A DNA stretch of 32,000 nt, taken from positions 3,750,001 through 3,782,000 of the forward strand of contig NC_011979.1 in NCBI RefSeq assembly GCF_000022265.1. Reading direction: 5' to 3'. Positions 24,457 through 32,000 of the stretch are shown piece by piece. How positions within the stretch are numbered: the first letter of the stretch is position 1; each line of letters opens with the position of its first letter. The translations under genes were made by a program, and so were the position numbers. The DNA is from Geotalea daltonii FRC-32 (lineage in GTDB: Bacteria > Desulfobacterota > Desulfuromonadia > Geobacterales > Geobacteraceae). The notes below the pieces were generated by a model, which searched no databases, was not told where the DNA came from, and was given only the letters and a program-made list of their open reading frames with translations.

Positions 24457-26902
24457 CTCCTGAAACGATGAGTAACTTCATGTCTGCAACCGGTTCCATG
24501 CTTACGCCGAACTCCTCACTGTAATGGCGCTCATCAAGGCAGTAGATGCCGCTGCCGCTCCAAACCTCATACAGCCGCCGTTGTTCCTTCAACTTTTCCA
24601 GCTCGTAGGGAAACAGGTTAACCGAATATCTCTGCGCCTCCTTGAGCAGACGCCCTTTGTCATCGAAACCGGAGGCGGAAAGGTCGGCGATGATCCGTTC
24701 CCCGGCGCCGTATGGCACTATCACCCCCTGAGAGGGGGAGTCGATAGCCTTGAAGGCCCTGGCAGCGCTCATGAACGATTGGCGGAGATAAAGCGAAGGA
24801 GCCTGTTTGTGCTCATTCAGATAAATTTGGACGGAGTCTTCATTTTTTGAAAGCAGATTCAAAAGAGTATCTCGTTGTCTGGGCATATTCCTAATGTCCC
24901 TGTCAGATACTGGAAAATCCATTTCTCCGGCACGTTGAAAGAAGTAATAATCGTAGTAACGCTCCAAGGATTTTGGACTCTGCAAGTCGCGATTGAAGAA
25001 GTCTGGGTTGTCCTTGAACTCGCGCAGCACCCGCTTTGTCACGTCCTGCGCGTTCCTGATTTCCGGCAGCCTGTCCAGCCCCTCGTTTGCCGGATTGACG
25101 ATCAACACCCTGCCAATCTTTCGCAAACCATTGCGGTTGCACCGCCCTGCCGCTTGAGCAATAGAGTCCAGACCAGCCAGATAGCGGATCACCGTGCCGA
25201 AGTCCACATCAACACCGGCTTCTATCAGTTGGGTACTGATGCAGATAACCGGTAGCGGATTTTCCGGGTTGAGGCAGGCTTTAACCTTGTCGAGGATAGC
25301 CGTGCGATGAGCGGGACACATACTCGTACTCAGGTGATAGACATGGTCCAGCTTGTCGTGCAGGCGCTGATAGAGCGCCTTTGCCTGGGTCTTCTTGTTG
25401 ACGATGATGAGCACGCTGCCGGATGACTCAAGCTCTTGGAGCGCGGTTTCCGCCACCGCCTCTTCCGTCCACCCGGTGTCTTTGCAGTGGTCTTCAATCC
25501 TGGCACGATGCAGGTCCCGGAACAGTTCGCCCACGTTCGGCATCATCTCCGCATCGGACGCAAGCCGCGCCGCCCCTTTCTTCGGATCAACCCTGTCCAG
25601 AATCGGCTGCGTCGCAGTGCAAAACACGACTGTCGAACCGCATTGCCCAACCATAAAATTGATGGCGTTGTTGAACAGGTGAATCGTACGGATCGGAATG
25701 GTCTGTATTTCGTCGAAGATGATAACGGCATTAGCAAGCTGGTGGAGCCGCCGTACACCTCGGGTTCCGGCGGCAAAGAGCGTTTCAAGAAATTGTACGG
25801 CAGTGGTATAGATGATGGGTACATTCCAGTTCTCAGCCAGTAGTTTGCTCTCGTTGGTGTCCTGCTCCGGGGTAAGATTTGAGTGATGCTCCAGCACGAT
25901 TTGCCTGCCGTTTTTTTCAAGTGCGGCAAACACGGACCGGGCAACACGGGCATTCTGGTCAATTATGGAGGTGTAAGGGACAACGTAAATGATGCGGTCC
26001 ATCCCATGCTTGGCGGCATGATGCAGGGCAAAACGGAGGCTTGCCAGTGTTTTGCCGCCACCGGTGGGGACGGTAAGTTGAATTAACCCTTTCCCCCTGG
26101 CAGCAGATTGCAGGCATGATTCGGAAATATCAGCCCTGATCTCATCTATCCGATTTCTGACCGTAAAACCTGCAAGATGGATTTCGAGTAAGTCTATCAG
26201 TGGTTGCCAATCGGGTTTATTTGCAGGTTTACGCTCCGCTGAATTCAGACGGTCTGCATCGATCAAAGCACTGAAGAGAAAGCGCGTCAGGAAGCCGAGC
26301 ATGAACTGACCGATTTCCAGAGAAGGCATGTCTTTACCAAGCCGTTCAAGGAGACGACGCATTTCATTTTCTATCTGAGTTGAAGTCAGTAAAGCCTGAA
26401 CACGGTTTCGCACCTGTTCTTCCAGATTCCGATCCACTTCAGCGAAATGAGTCTTATCTCCAGGCTTTTGCATACGCTTTGTGAACACATCCGCACCATC
26501 AGACGCAAGACAGTCGATCAATCCGGAATGGTGCGATGCAATGCAAAGCGCCATGATGTCCGTGGCTATCTGCCAAAACCGGGAATCCTTCTTTCCCTGT
26601 TCACGCAGATACTGAGCCCCGGCTGTGGAATGGTCAATTTTGCCTTTCATCCGACCGGCATCGACATACTCCTCCTCGTCCGGCTCAATCTTCCCTTCTG
26701 AGGATTGGAGATAGGACTGGAAGGCCGCTGAGTACTTGCCAAGATCATGAAGCAGCCCCATTAGCTCACCTATAGTCGGAAGCCCTATTTTGCCGGTATA
26801 GCTCGCGGCGAGCGTGGAAACACCTTCAAGGTGATCTTGCACACTTTGCGGCATTCCATCGGAATCACGATACCTGGCGACATATTGACTGTCATGCCTC
26901 AA
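24434..26902 (-). CDS. cas3: Cas3 helicase-nuclease (N-terminal HD domain plus SF2 helicase)
   Basis: 822 aa. HD motifs LHDLGKYSAAFQ, ASHHSGL and DADR. Helicase motifs VPTGGGKT (I), FDEIQ (II) and TATQP (III). RBS AGGAGG upstream. Confidence 0.95.
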   Translation of the reverse strand: MRHDSQYVARYRDSDGMPQSVQDHLEGVSTLAASYTGKIGLPTIGELMGLLHDLGKYSAAFQSYLQSSEGKIEPDEEEYVDAGRMKGKIDHSTAGAQYLREQGKKDSRFWQIATDIMALCIASHHSGLIDCLASDGADVFTKRMQKPGDKTHFAEVDRNLEEQVRNRVQALLTSTQIENEMRRLLERLGKDMPSLEIGQFMLGFLTRFLFSALIDADRLNSAERKPANKPDWQPLIDLLEIHLAGFTVRNRIDEIRADISESCLQSAARGKGLIQLTVPTGGGKTLASLRFALHHAAKHGMDRIIYVVPYTSIIDQNARVARSVFAALEKNGRQIVLEHHSNLTPEQDTNESKLLAENWNVPIIYTTAVQFLETLFAAGTRGVRRLHQLANAVIIFDEIQTIPIRTIHLFNNAINFMVGQCGSTVVFCTATQPILDRVDPKKGAARLASDAEMMPNVGELFRDLHRARIEDHCKDTGWTEEAVAETALQELESSGSVLIIVNKKTQAKALYQRLHDKLDHVYHLSTSMCPAHRTAILDKVKACLNPENPLPVICISTQLIEAGVDVDFGTVIRYLAGLDSIAQAAGRCNRNGLRKIGRVLIVNPANEGLDRLPEIRNAQDVTKRVLREFKDNPDFFNRDLQSPKSLERYYDYYFFQRAGEMDFPVSDRDIRNMPRQRDTLLNLLSKNEDSVQIYLNEHKQAPSLYLRQSFMSAARAFKAIDSPSQGVIVPYGAGERIIADLSASGFDDKGRLLKEAQRYSVNLFPYELEKLKEQRRLYEVWSGSGIYCLDERHYSEEFGVSMEPVADMKLLIVSGGDNEEPY

Positions 26903-26935
26903 AACAACCTCCTAAAGATTTCACTTATGCTCTCA

Positions 26936-26972
26936 CTGTAAAAAATTTTTACAGTGTAAAAATTTTTTACAG
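26936..26972. promoter_or_regulatory. 37-bp AT-only nested palindrome (candidate operator) 34-70 bp upstream of the cas3 start
   Basis: CTGTAAAAAATTTTTACA-G-TGTAAAAATTTTTTACAG has 18-bp arms that are exact reverse complements, and each arm is itself a near-palindrome TGTAAAAA/TTTTTACA. Confidence 0.55.
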
Positions 26973-27418
26973 TTCTTTCAGCCAGTTACACAACCCCAGC
27001 CTTTTTATAGTCCCATCATCCGCCCCCTTACAAGCCCAAAATGATCCAATCCACATTATTTATTTTTTATTTTTCAGACGTAGTGTAACCTTGCATTGCG
27101 ACAGAATACGTCTTTTTGATAAATATTTTTCTAACATCCCGGTTTCCAACTACGGTGCGTTATGCTAAATTGCGTCCATCATAATGGTGAACGGGGGGAA
27201 CTTGTCGCGGCACCTCTTTAATCTGTTTACGAGAAAATCAACGCATGGAAAAAATAGCGGACGTCATCATTTTAGCCGCTGCTACCAATAAGCCGGTAAA
27301 ATCTTCCACACCTTCTACTTTTTCCAGTCATATTCACGCCCTTCTTTCGCCTTGACCTTCTCACCACCTATTGTTAGATTCGTTTGCATAAATTTGTTCT
27401 GATGCTTTACCCGCAAAA

Positions 27419-28615
27419 ATGAGGTCACCGCCCATGAGTGAGATTGTCAAAATCACAAAAGAGACGGCTTTACCCACCGCCAGAGGCCGCAACATAACCG
27501 CCGCCAAGAATGATGGGCGGCGCAAACTGCTTCTTGAAAGCGCCATTCCTGCCATGATCGAGGCGATACCCGATTATGTGCTGGTCCTGGACCGGCAGTA
27601 CCAGGTGCTGGCCGTGAACAGCCGGCTGCTTGACGCCTTCGGCATCGATGATCCGCAAATGCTCGTCGGCCTTAAGCCTGGCGAGGCGCTGCACTGCATC
27701 CATGCCGATCAGAACCCCGATGGTTGCGGCTCCGGCAGGCACTGCCAGAAATGCGCGGCAGTCCTGTCCATTATCGAAAGCGAGCAGACCAATGCCCAGG
27801 TGGCGAAGGAATACCGTATTACCATCGATAACGGCCAATGGAGCGCCCTGGATCTTGAAGTGGTTGTTTCTCCCCTGAAAATCGGTGATCTGCAGCTGAT
27901 CCTTTTCGTTCTGAAGGACATCAGTGCCGAGAAGCGACGGAAGGTGCTGGAACAGGTCTTCTTCCATGATGTGATCAATACGGCGGGAGGGATTCGCGGC
28001 ATGGCAGAGGTGCTGGCCAAGGGAATGCTGCAGACTGCCGAGGACGAAAAATACTATAAGGAGTCGATGGTAAGCCTCTCTGCCAGACTGATTGATGAGA
28101 TCGTCTACCAGCGGCACCTGCTTGCTGCGGAAAAGGGGGAGTTCAGGCCGGACCCGGGCATGGTGGATGTGCCAAGGCTGCTGCAGGAGGTGCAAACCCT
28201 TTATGCAAACCATGATGTGGCAGAAGGGCGGAACCTGGTGCTGAACTGTTCGACCAATGCCAACATCATCACCGATGCTGCCATTCTGCGACGGATCCTG
28301 GGGAATATGGTCAAAAACGCCCTGGAAGCCTGCGGCCCTGGAGAGACGGTTACCCTTTCGTGCACCGAAGACGAGGAGTCCATCACCTTCATGGTCAACA
28401 ATCCGGGAGTTATGTCAGAGGATGTGCAGCTGCAAATGTTCCAGCGTTCGTTCAGCACCAAGTCGGCCGAAGGGAGAGGTATCGGCACTTACAGCATCAA
28501 GCTGTTCGGCGAGCGCTACCTGAAGGGCAAGGTTTCCTTCACCAGCAACGACAAGGAAGGAACGACCTTCAGCTTTACCATTCCCAGATATTTTTCTATG
28601 AAGGGGGATGAATAG
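27419..28615 (+). CDS. Sensor histidine kinase with an N-terminal Cys-rich PAS-like domain (no receiver, no TM)
   Basis: 398 aa. Phospho-His region FFHDVINTAGGI; ATPase NMVKNALEA...; GRGIGTYSIKL. Cys cluster HCIHADQNPDGCGSGRHCQKC. The start may be ATG 27434, which has a GAGG 8 nt upstream. Confidence 0.8.
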   Translation: MRSPPMSEIVKITKETALPTARGRNITAAKNDGRRKLLLESAIPAMIEAIPDYVLVLDRQYQVLAVNSRLLDAFGIDDPQMLVGLKPGEALHCIHADQNPDGCGSGRHCQKCAAVLSIIESEQTNAQVAKEYRITIDNGQWSALDLEVVVSPLKIGDLQLILFVLKDISAEKRRKVLEQVFFHDVINTAGGIRGMAEVLAKGMLQTAEDEKYYKESMVSLSARLIDEIVYQRHLLAAEKGEFRPDPGMVDVPRLLQEVQTLYANHDVAEGRNLVLNCSTNANIITDAAILRRILGNMVKNALEACGPGETVTLSCTEDEESITFMVNNPGVMSEDVQLQMFQRSFSTKSAEGRGIGTYSIKLFGERYLKGKVSFTSNDKEGTTFSFTIPRYFSMKGDE

Positions 28616-28660
28616 TGATTGGGGATTGGGGATTGGGGATGGGGATTGAGGGGGGTCGGC
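28615..28660. repeat. G-rich heptamer tandem (GATTGGG x3 plus variants) ending in GAGGGGGGT
   Basis: gtgattggggattggggattggggatggggattgaggggggtcggc lies directly after the kinase stop. The 3' part resembles the G-arm of the C-run/G-run repeat family. There are at least 5 G-runs of 4 or more. Confidence 0.7.
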
Positions 28661-28816
28661 TGATGGGCCTTTTCTGAACGCATAGCGCCTGATCAGACGG
28701 AGCCGGATTCGAGATGATAACAAGGCGGCAAGGAGAAAACGACGGAGCCAACGCAGATATCGGCATAAGGTGAATTCGAGAAAAGCTCCAGCTGCAAGGC
28801 TTGCTAGTCCTGAGGA

Positions 28817-28843
28817 CTGAGGCGTACATCAGGTACGCCTCAG
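28817..28843. terminator. Strong hairpin between the convergent kinase and pdxJ genes (possible bidirectional terminator or REP)
   Basis: CTGAGGCGTAC-atcag-GTACGCCTCAG has an 11-bp stem and no U-tract on either side. It is nested inside the inverted repeat gtgaattcgagaaaa / ttttatcgaattcac (~28769-28888). Confidence 0.4.
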
Positions 28844-28886
28844 GTACGAAGGGTGAGCGTAACGCAGCAGATGGATTTTATCGAAT

Positions 28887-29606
28887 TCACGAATATTTGA
28901 CCAGGTCGACCATGTCTCTAACCGCCCGATCCAACCCCACCAGCACTGCCTTTGAAATGATGGAGTGACCGATGTTGTACTCTTCGATCCCCCCAAGTGC
29001 GGCAACCTTCCTGATGTTGCTGTAATTGAGCCCGTGGCCGGCGTTGACTCCCAAGCCCAGCTTTCCGGCCAGCTTGATGGCATTTTCGATCTTTTTCAAC
29101 TCTTCCTGCTCTGCTTTCCAATCGGACGCCTCGGCAAAAGCGCCGGTATGTATCTCGATGTAATCGGCGCCGCTCTTGTCGGCGGCCTTGATCTGATCGG
29201 TATCGGGGTCGATGAAGAGGCTCACGATGAGCCCTCCATCCTGGAGTTTCTGCACTGCGCCCCTGATTGCATCTAGGTGGAGCCGTACATCGAGACCGCC
29301 TTCAGTGGTGAGTTCCTGGCGTTTTTCCGGTACCAGGGTACACATGTCCGGCTTGACGGAAAGGGCGATGGAAACCATTTCGTCGGTGGCGGCCATTTCC
29401 AGGTTCAGGCGGGTCTTGATCGTCTGACGCAGAAGACGCAAGTCCCGGTCCTGGATGTGGCGGCGATCTTCGCGCAGATGAATGGTGATGCCGTCGGCGC
29501 CGGCCAGCTCGGCAATGGCAGCTGCAGCCACCGGGTCCGGTTCTGCTCCCCCTCTTGCCTGGCGGATGGTTGCCACATGGTCGATATTCACTCCGAGTCT
29601 AGCCAA
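28887..29606 (-). CDS. pdxJ: Pyridoxine 5'-phosphate synthase
   Basis: [22 protein letters not shown]...[17 protein letters not shown] is a PdxJ hallmark. The ORF is open to 29633. I prefer TTG 29606 ([15 protein letters not shown] 8 nt upstream), which avoids a 35-nt overlap with glmM. Confidence 0.9.
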   Translation of the reverse strand: MARLGVNIDHVATIRQARGGAEPDPVAAAAIAELAGADGITIHLREDRRHIQDRDLRLLRQTIKTRLNLEMAATDEMVSIALSVKPDMCTLVPEKRQELTTEGGLDVRLHLDAIRGAVQKLQDGGLIVSLFIDPDTDQIKAADKSGADYIEIHTGAFAEASDWKAEQEELKKIENAIKLAGKLGLGVNAGHGLNYSNIRKVAALGGIEEYNIGHSIISKAVLVGLDRAVRDMVDLVKYS

Positions 29607-30963
29607 CTTTACTTCCTCCAATGTTCTTTTCAACCAGATCGGCTATCTCTTTGGCCCAGCCGGAAATCTGGTACTTATCCTGCCCCTCCAGCATGATGCG
29701 CAACAGCGGTTCGGTGCCGGAGTAACGGATAAGAATTCTCCCCTCGTCCTTTACCTTTGCTTCGATGTCGCCGATGAGGCCGGCCACTGCAGGGATGGTC
29801 ATCACATCACGCTTTTCCGCCACCCGCACATTTACCAACACCTGGGGCAGGGCAAACATTACTTCGGCCAGCTCGGAAAGGCGCTTGCCCTGGCGCTGCA
29901 TCACCGCCAGCACCTGGAGGGCGGACAGGATGCCGTCACCGGTGGTATTGTGGTCGAGGAAGATCATGTGGCCCGACTGCTCGCCCCCGAGGTTATAGCC
30001 ACCCTTCTGCATCTCTTCCACCACGTAGCGGTCGCCGACAGCGGTCTTTATTACCCGCCCCCCTGCTCTTTTCACGGCAATGTCCAGCCCCATATTGCTC
30101 ATGACCGTAGCCACAAGTGTCTGTTTGTTCAGCGTACCCTTCTGCAGCATGTCGGTAGCGCAGATGGCCATGATGTTGTCGCCATTCACCTCATTGCCGA
30201 ATTCATCGACGAATATGACCCGGTCCGCATCGCCGTCCAGGGCAATCCCCAGGTCGGCGCCATGTTCTTTCACCGCTGCGCTGATCACCTCCGGGTGCAG
30301 GGAGCCGCAGCCGGCATTGATGTTGGTGCCGTTTGGCTTGACGCCGATGGCGATCACTTCGGCCCCAAGTTCCTCGAAAACGGCAGGGGCAACCTTGTAG
30401 GCAGCACCGTTGGCGCAATCGAGAACGATCTTCAGGCCGGAGAGGTCCATATCCTTGGGAAAGGTGCTCTTGAGGAAGACAACGAATCGCCCGGCGGCGT
30501 CGTCGATGCGGTATGCCTTACCCACTTCGTTGGCAATGGGGCGCATGGAGTCCATGTCTCCGGAAAAAATGAGCTCTTCGATGCGCAGTTCCATTTCATC
30601 GGGCAGTTTGAAACCGTCACGGCAAAAGAACTTGATGCCGTTGTCCTGAAAAGGATTGTGGGATGCGGAAATAACCACCCCGGCATCGGCCCGCATGGAA
30701 GAGGTAATGTTGGCAATGCCGGGGGTAGGAAGGGGTCCCACCTGAAGCACATCCACGCCCATGGAGCATATGCCTGCGACCAGTGCATTTTCAATCATGT
30801 AGCCGGAAAGCCGGGTATCCTTGCCGATAACAATCCTGTGCCTGCTCTTGCCGTTCCTGAAAATATGTGCGGCTGCCCTGCCAATCTGCATGGCCATTTC
30901 CGTTGTCATCGGGTAAACATTGGCCACCCCCCTGACGCCATCCGTGCCGAAAAGTTTTTTCAT
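29599..30963 (-). CDS. glmM: Phosphoglucosamine mutase
   Basis: 454 aa. [15 protein letters not shown]..., active-site SASHNP, and the Mg-binding DGDADR. Confidence 0.95.
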   Translation of the reverse strand: MKKLFGTDGVRGVANVYPMTTEMAMQIGRAAAHIFRNGKSRHRIVIGKDTRLSGYMIENALVAGICSMGVDVLQVGPLPTPGIANITSSMRADAGVVISASHNPFQDNGIKFFCRDGFKLPDEMELRIEELIFSGDMDSMRPIANEVGKAYRIDDAAGRFVVFLKSTFPKDMDLSGLKIVLDCANGAAYKVAPAVFEELGAEVIAIGVKPNGTNINAGCGSLHPEVISAAVKEHGADLGIALDGDADRVIFVDEFGNEVNGDNIMAICATDMLQKGTLNKQTLVATVMSNMGLDIAVKRAGGRVIKTAVGDRYVVEEMQKGGYNLGGEQSGHMIFLDHNTTGDGILSALQVLAVMQRQGKRLSELAEVMFALPQVLVNVRVAEKRDVMTIPAVAGLIGDIEAKVKDEGRILIRYSGTEPLLRIMLEGQDKYQISGWAKEIADLVEKNIGGSKVG

Positions 30964-31037
30964 CGTCTGAACCTCCTGAGCTTTTAGGAGAAGTGAACTC
31001 TACTCTACACCTAATTTATATACTACAGCTTTGCTTT

Positions 31038-31439
31038 TTAATCTGGCTTTTTTGGCTCCGATGGCTGAGCCATTATATCAACTGCCGTCAACACTGTTTT
31101 CACCCGCAATTCATCATCCAGGGGGATAAATCTCTCAGGTTCGGCAAACCGGTTCACTCCGGCATGCAGCCCATGGAGGTCCAACTGCAGCTTTAAGCCT
31201 GTAATTTTTGCCTTGAGCAGCAGAATGCGCGGACCGGCTAAAACCATTTCAACGTAAGCAGGAGGCTTGGTTACCAGTGTCAGCCCGGCAGGCACATTAC
31301 CATATTCCACCGGCACCTTCACTCTCTTTTCGCCTTGGGTCTCGCTCGTGATGAAGAGAAAGACAAGCCCCGCCAGCAGAAGGGATAGAACCCTGAGCAA
31401 GATTTTCTTCTCTGCCTGATCCATGGTCATGACAGCCAC
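31038..31439 (-). CDS. YbbR-domain protein (short CdaR-like regulator of diadenylate cyclase), N-terminal TM anchor
   Basis: 133 aa with TM LLRVLSLLLAGLVFLFI. It sits between cdaA and glmM as in the conserved cdaA-cdaR-glmM operon and overlaps the cdaA end by 13 nt. The family assignment is mostly positional. Confidence 0.55.
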   Translation of the reverse strand: MAVMTMDQAEKKILLRVLSLLLAGLVFLFITSETQGEKRVKVPVEYGNVPAGLTLVTKPPAYVEMVLAGPRILLLKAKITGLKLQLDLHGLHAGVNRFAEPERFIPLDDELRVKTVLTAVDIMAQPSEPKKPD

Positions 31440-32000
31440 CTGGGTTCTATGAGCTTGCGCAACACCTTACGGAGAGTGATGGAGTCCAGATCATCCGATT
31501 TGTGCCCCCCGACGACAAGCGAAATGGATCCCGTTTCTTCCGACACGACCAGCACAACGGCATCCACCAGCTCAGTCAGGCCGATGGCGGCCCTGTGCCT
31601 GGTCCCCAGGTTCTTGCTGATGTCCGGGTTCTGGGTCAGAGGCAGAAAGCAGCCGGCCCTGGTCAGCTTCCCCTTCTGGATGATCACCGCACCATCATGA
31701 ATGGGAGAATAGGGGAGAAATATGGAAGAAATCAGTTCGCTGGTGACCTTGGCGTCGATGTCGGTGCCTACGGCAATGAAATTGTCAATGGACATGGACC
31801 GCTCGATGACTATCAATGCACCGATCTGCCTGCCGGCGAGAGACTCTGCAGCAGTGGCCAGTTCTTCGATAATGGAATCCACCTCTTCCACTTCCCGCTC
31901 TTTCCCCTGGCGTCCCCGATTCATGGTAGCGAACGCCAGCCTGATATCCGTCTGGAAAATCACAACGAGAGCAACGAAGGAGGAGGCAATTACGGCCTTC
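31427..32000 (-). CDS. cdaA: Diadenylate cyclase CdaA (DisA_N domain); the N-terminal TM part lies beyond the window
   Basis: GALIVIER...IHDGAVII...GTRHRAAIGLTE..DAVVLVVSEETGSISL is the DAC domain (DGA and RHR motifs). The frame stays open to pos 32000. Confidence 0.88.
   Translation of the reverse strand, partial: KAVIASSFVALVVIFQTDIRLAFATMNRGRQGKEREVEEVDSIIEELATAAESLAGRQIGALIVIERSMSIDNFIAVGTDIDAKVTSELISSIFLPYSPIHDGAVIIQKGKLTRAGCFLPLTQNPDISKNLGTRHRAAIGLTELVDAVVLVVSEETGSISLVVGGHKSDDLDSITLRKVLRKLIEPRWLS

Noticed and set aside
27245-27358. A 37-codon ATG ORF (MEKIADVIILAAATNKPVKSS...) in the cas3-upstream gap, considered as a small anti-CRISPR, Aca or regulator gene
   Set aside because: It has no Shine-Dalgarno, no recognisable motif (no HTH), and low-complexity sequence. 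It cannot be supported from the sequence alone.
27361-27555. 64-aa minus-strand ORF overlapping the kinase start
   Set aside because: It overlaps the 5' end of a well-supported + strand kinase gene, and it has no RBS and no motifs.
29482-30987. 501-aa + strand ORF; similarly 111..1091 +, 1161..1928 +, 21235..21819 +, 27470..28213 -, 9868..10689 -, 5692..6285 -, 7593..8180 -, 12736..13314 - and 8856..9335 -
   Set aside because: These are antisense shadow ORFs of clearly recognisable genes (glmM, rnr, cas7, the kinases, the activator, tolC, the cytochrome) in GC-rich DNA. They have low-complexity Gly/Arg/Pro-rich composition, no RBS and no recognisable motifs.

Overview
This window looks like Geobacter-type (Desulfuromonadales-like) chromosomal DNA; that placement is inferred from gene content only, with no database search. 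There are three blocks.

(1) Positions 1-14770 are core genes:
- rnr (partial), an Slt-type lytic transglycosylase, an AlkD-like DNA alkylation repair protein, and a MarR regulator with a TolC-like outer membrane protein.
- A respiratory and regulatory cluster follows. It has a hybrid GAF/PAS histidine kinase, a sigma-54 enhancer-binding response regulator and a textbook -24/-12 promoter. Downstream are three small genes (two membrane peptides and an atypical receiver), a 7-heme c-type cytochrome, a di-heme b-type cytochrome and a membrane protein. The layout resembles the CbcBA/BccR locus of G. sulfurreducens.

(2) Positions about 14770-27400 are an accessory or defence island:
- A REP hairpin cluster with a truncated REP-associated (IS200-like) transposase remnant.
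- A mazEF-type toxin-antitoxin pair.
- A 27-repeat CRISPR array (37-nt repeat).
- A complete minus-strand type I-C cas operon (cas3-cas5-cas8c[-cas11c]-cas7-X-cas4-cas1-cas2).

The most unusual point is X. It is a 347-aa RhuM-family gene between cas7 and cas4, translationally coupled to cas4 and preceded by a REP hairpin.

(3) Positions 27400-32000 are core genes: a Cys-rich PAS histidine kinase, then pdxJ, glmM, a YbbR-domain protein and cdaA (partial).

Several intergenic repeat families are also present:
- A roughly 180-bp inverted duplication full of TTTCC-N4/5-GGAAA dyads brackets the sigma-54 cassette.
- C-run/G-run elements sit right after stop codons.
- A CACGAAT-triplet inverted repeat lies between the kinase and regulator genes.
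- A 37-bp AT-only nested palindrome lies in front of cas3.

All calls come from reading the sequence and the ORF track. No searches were run.
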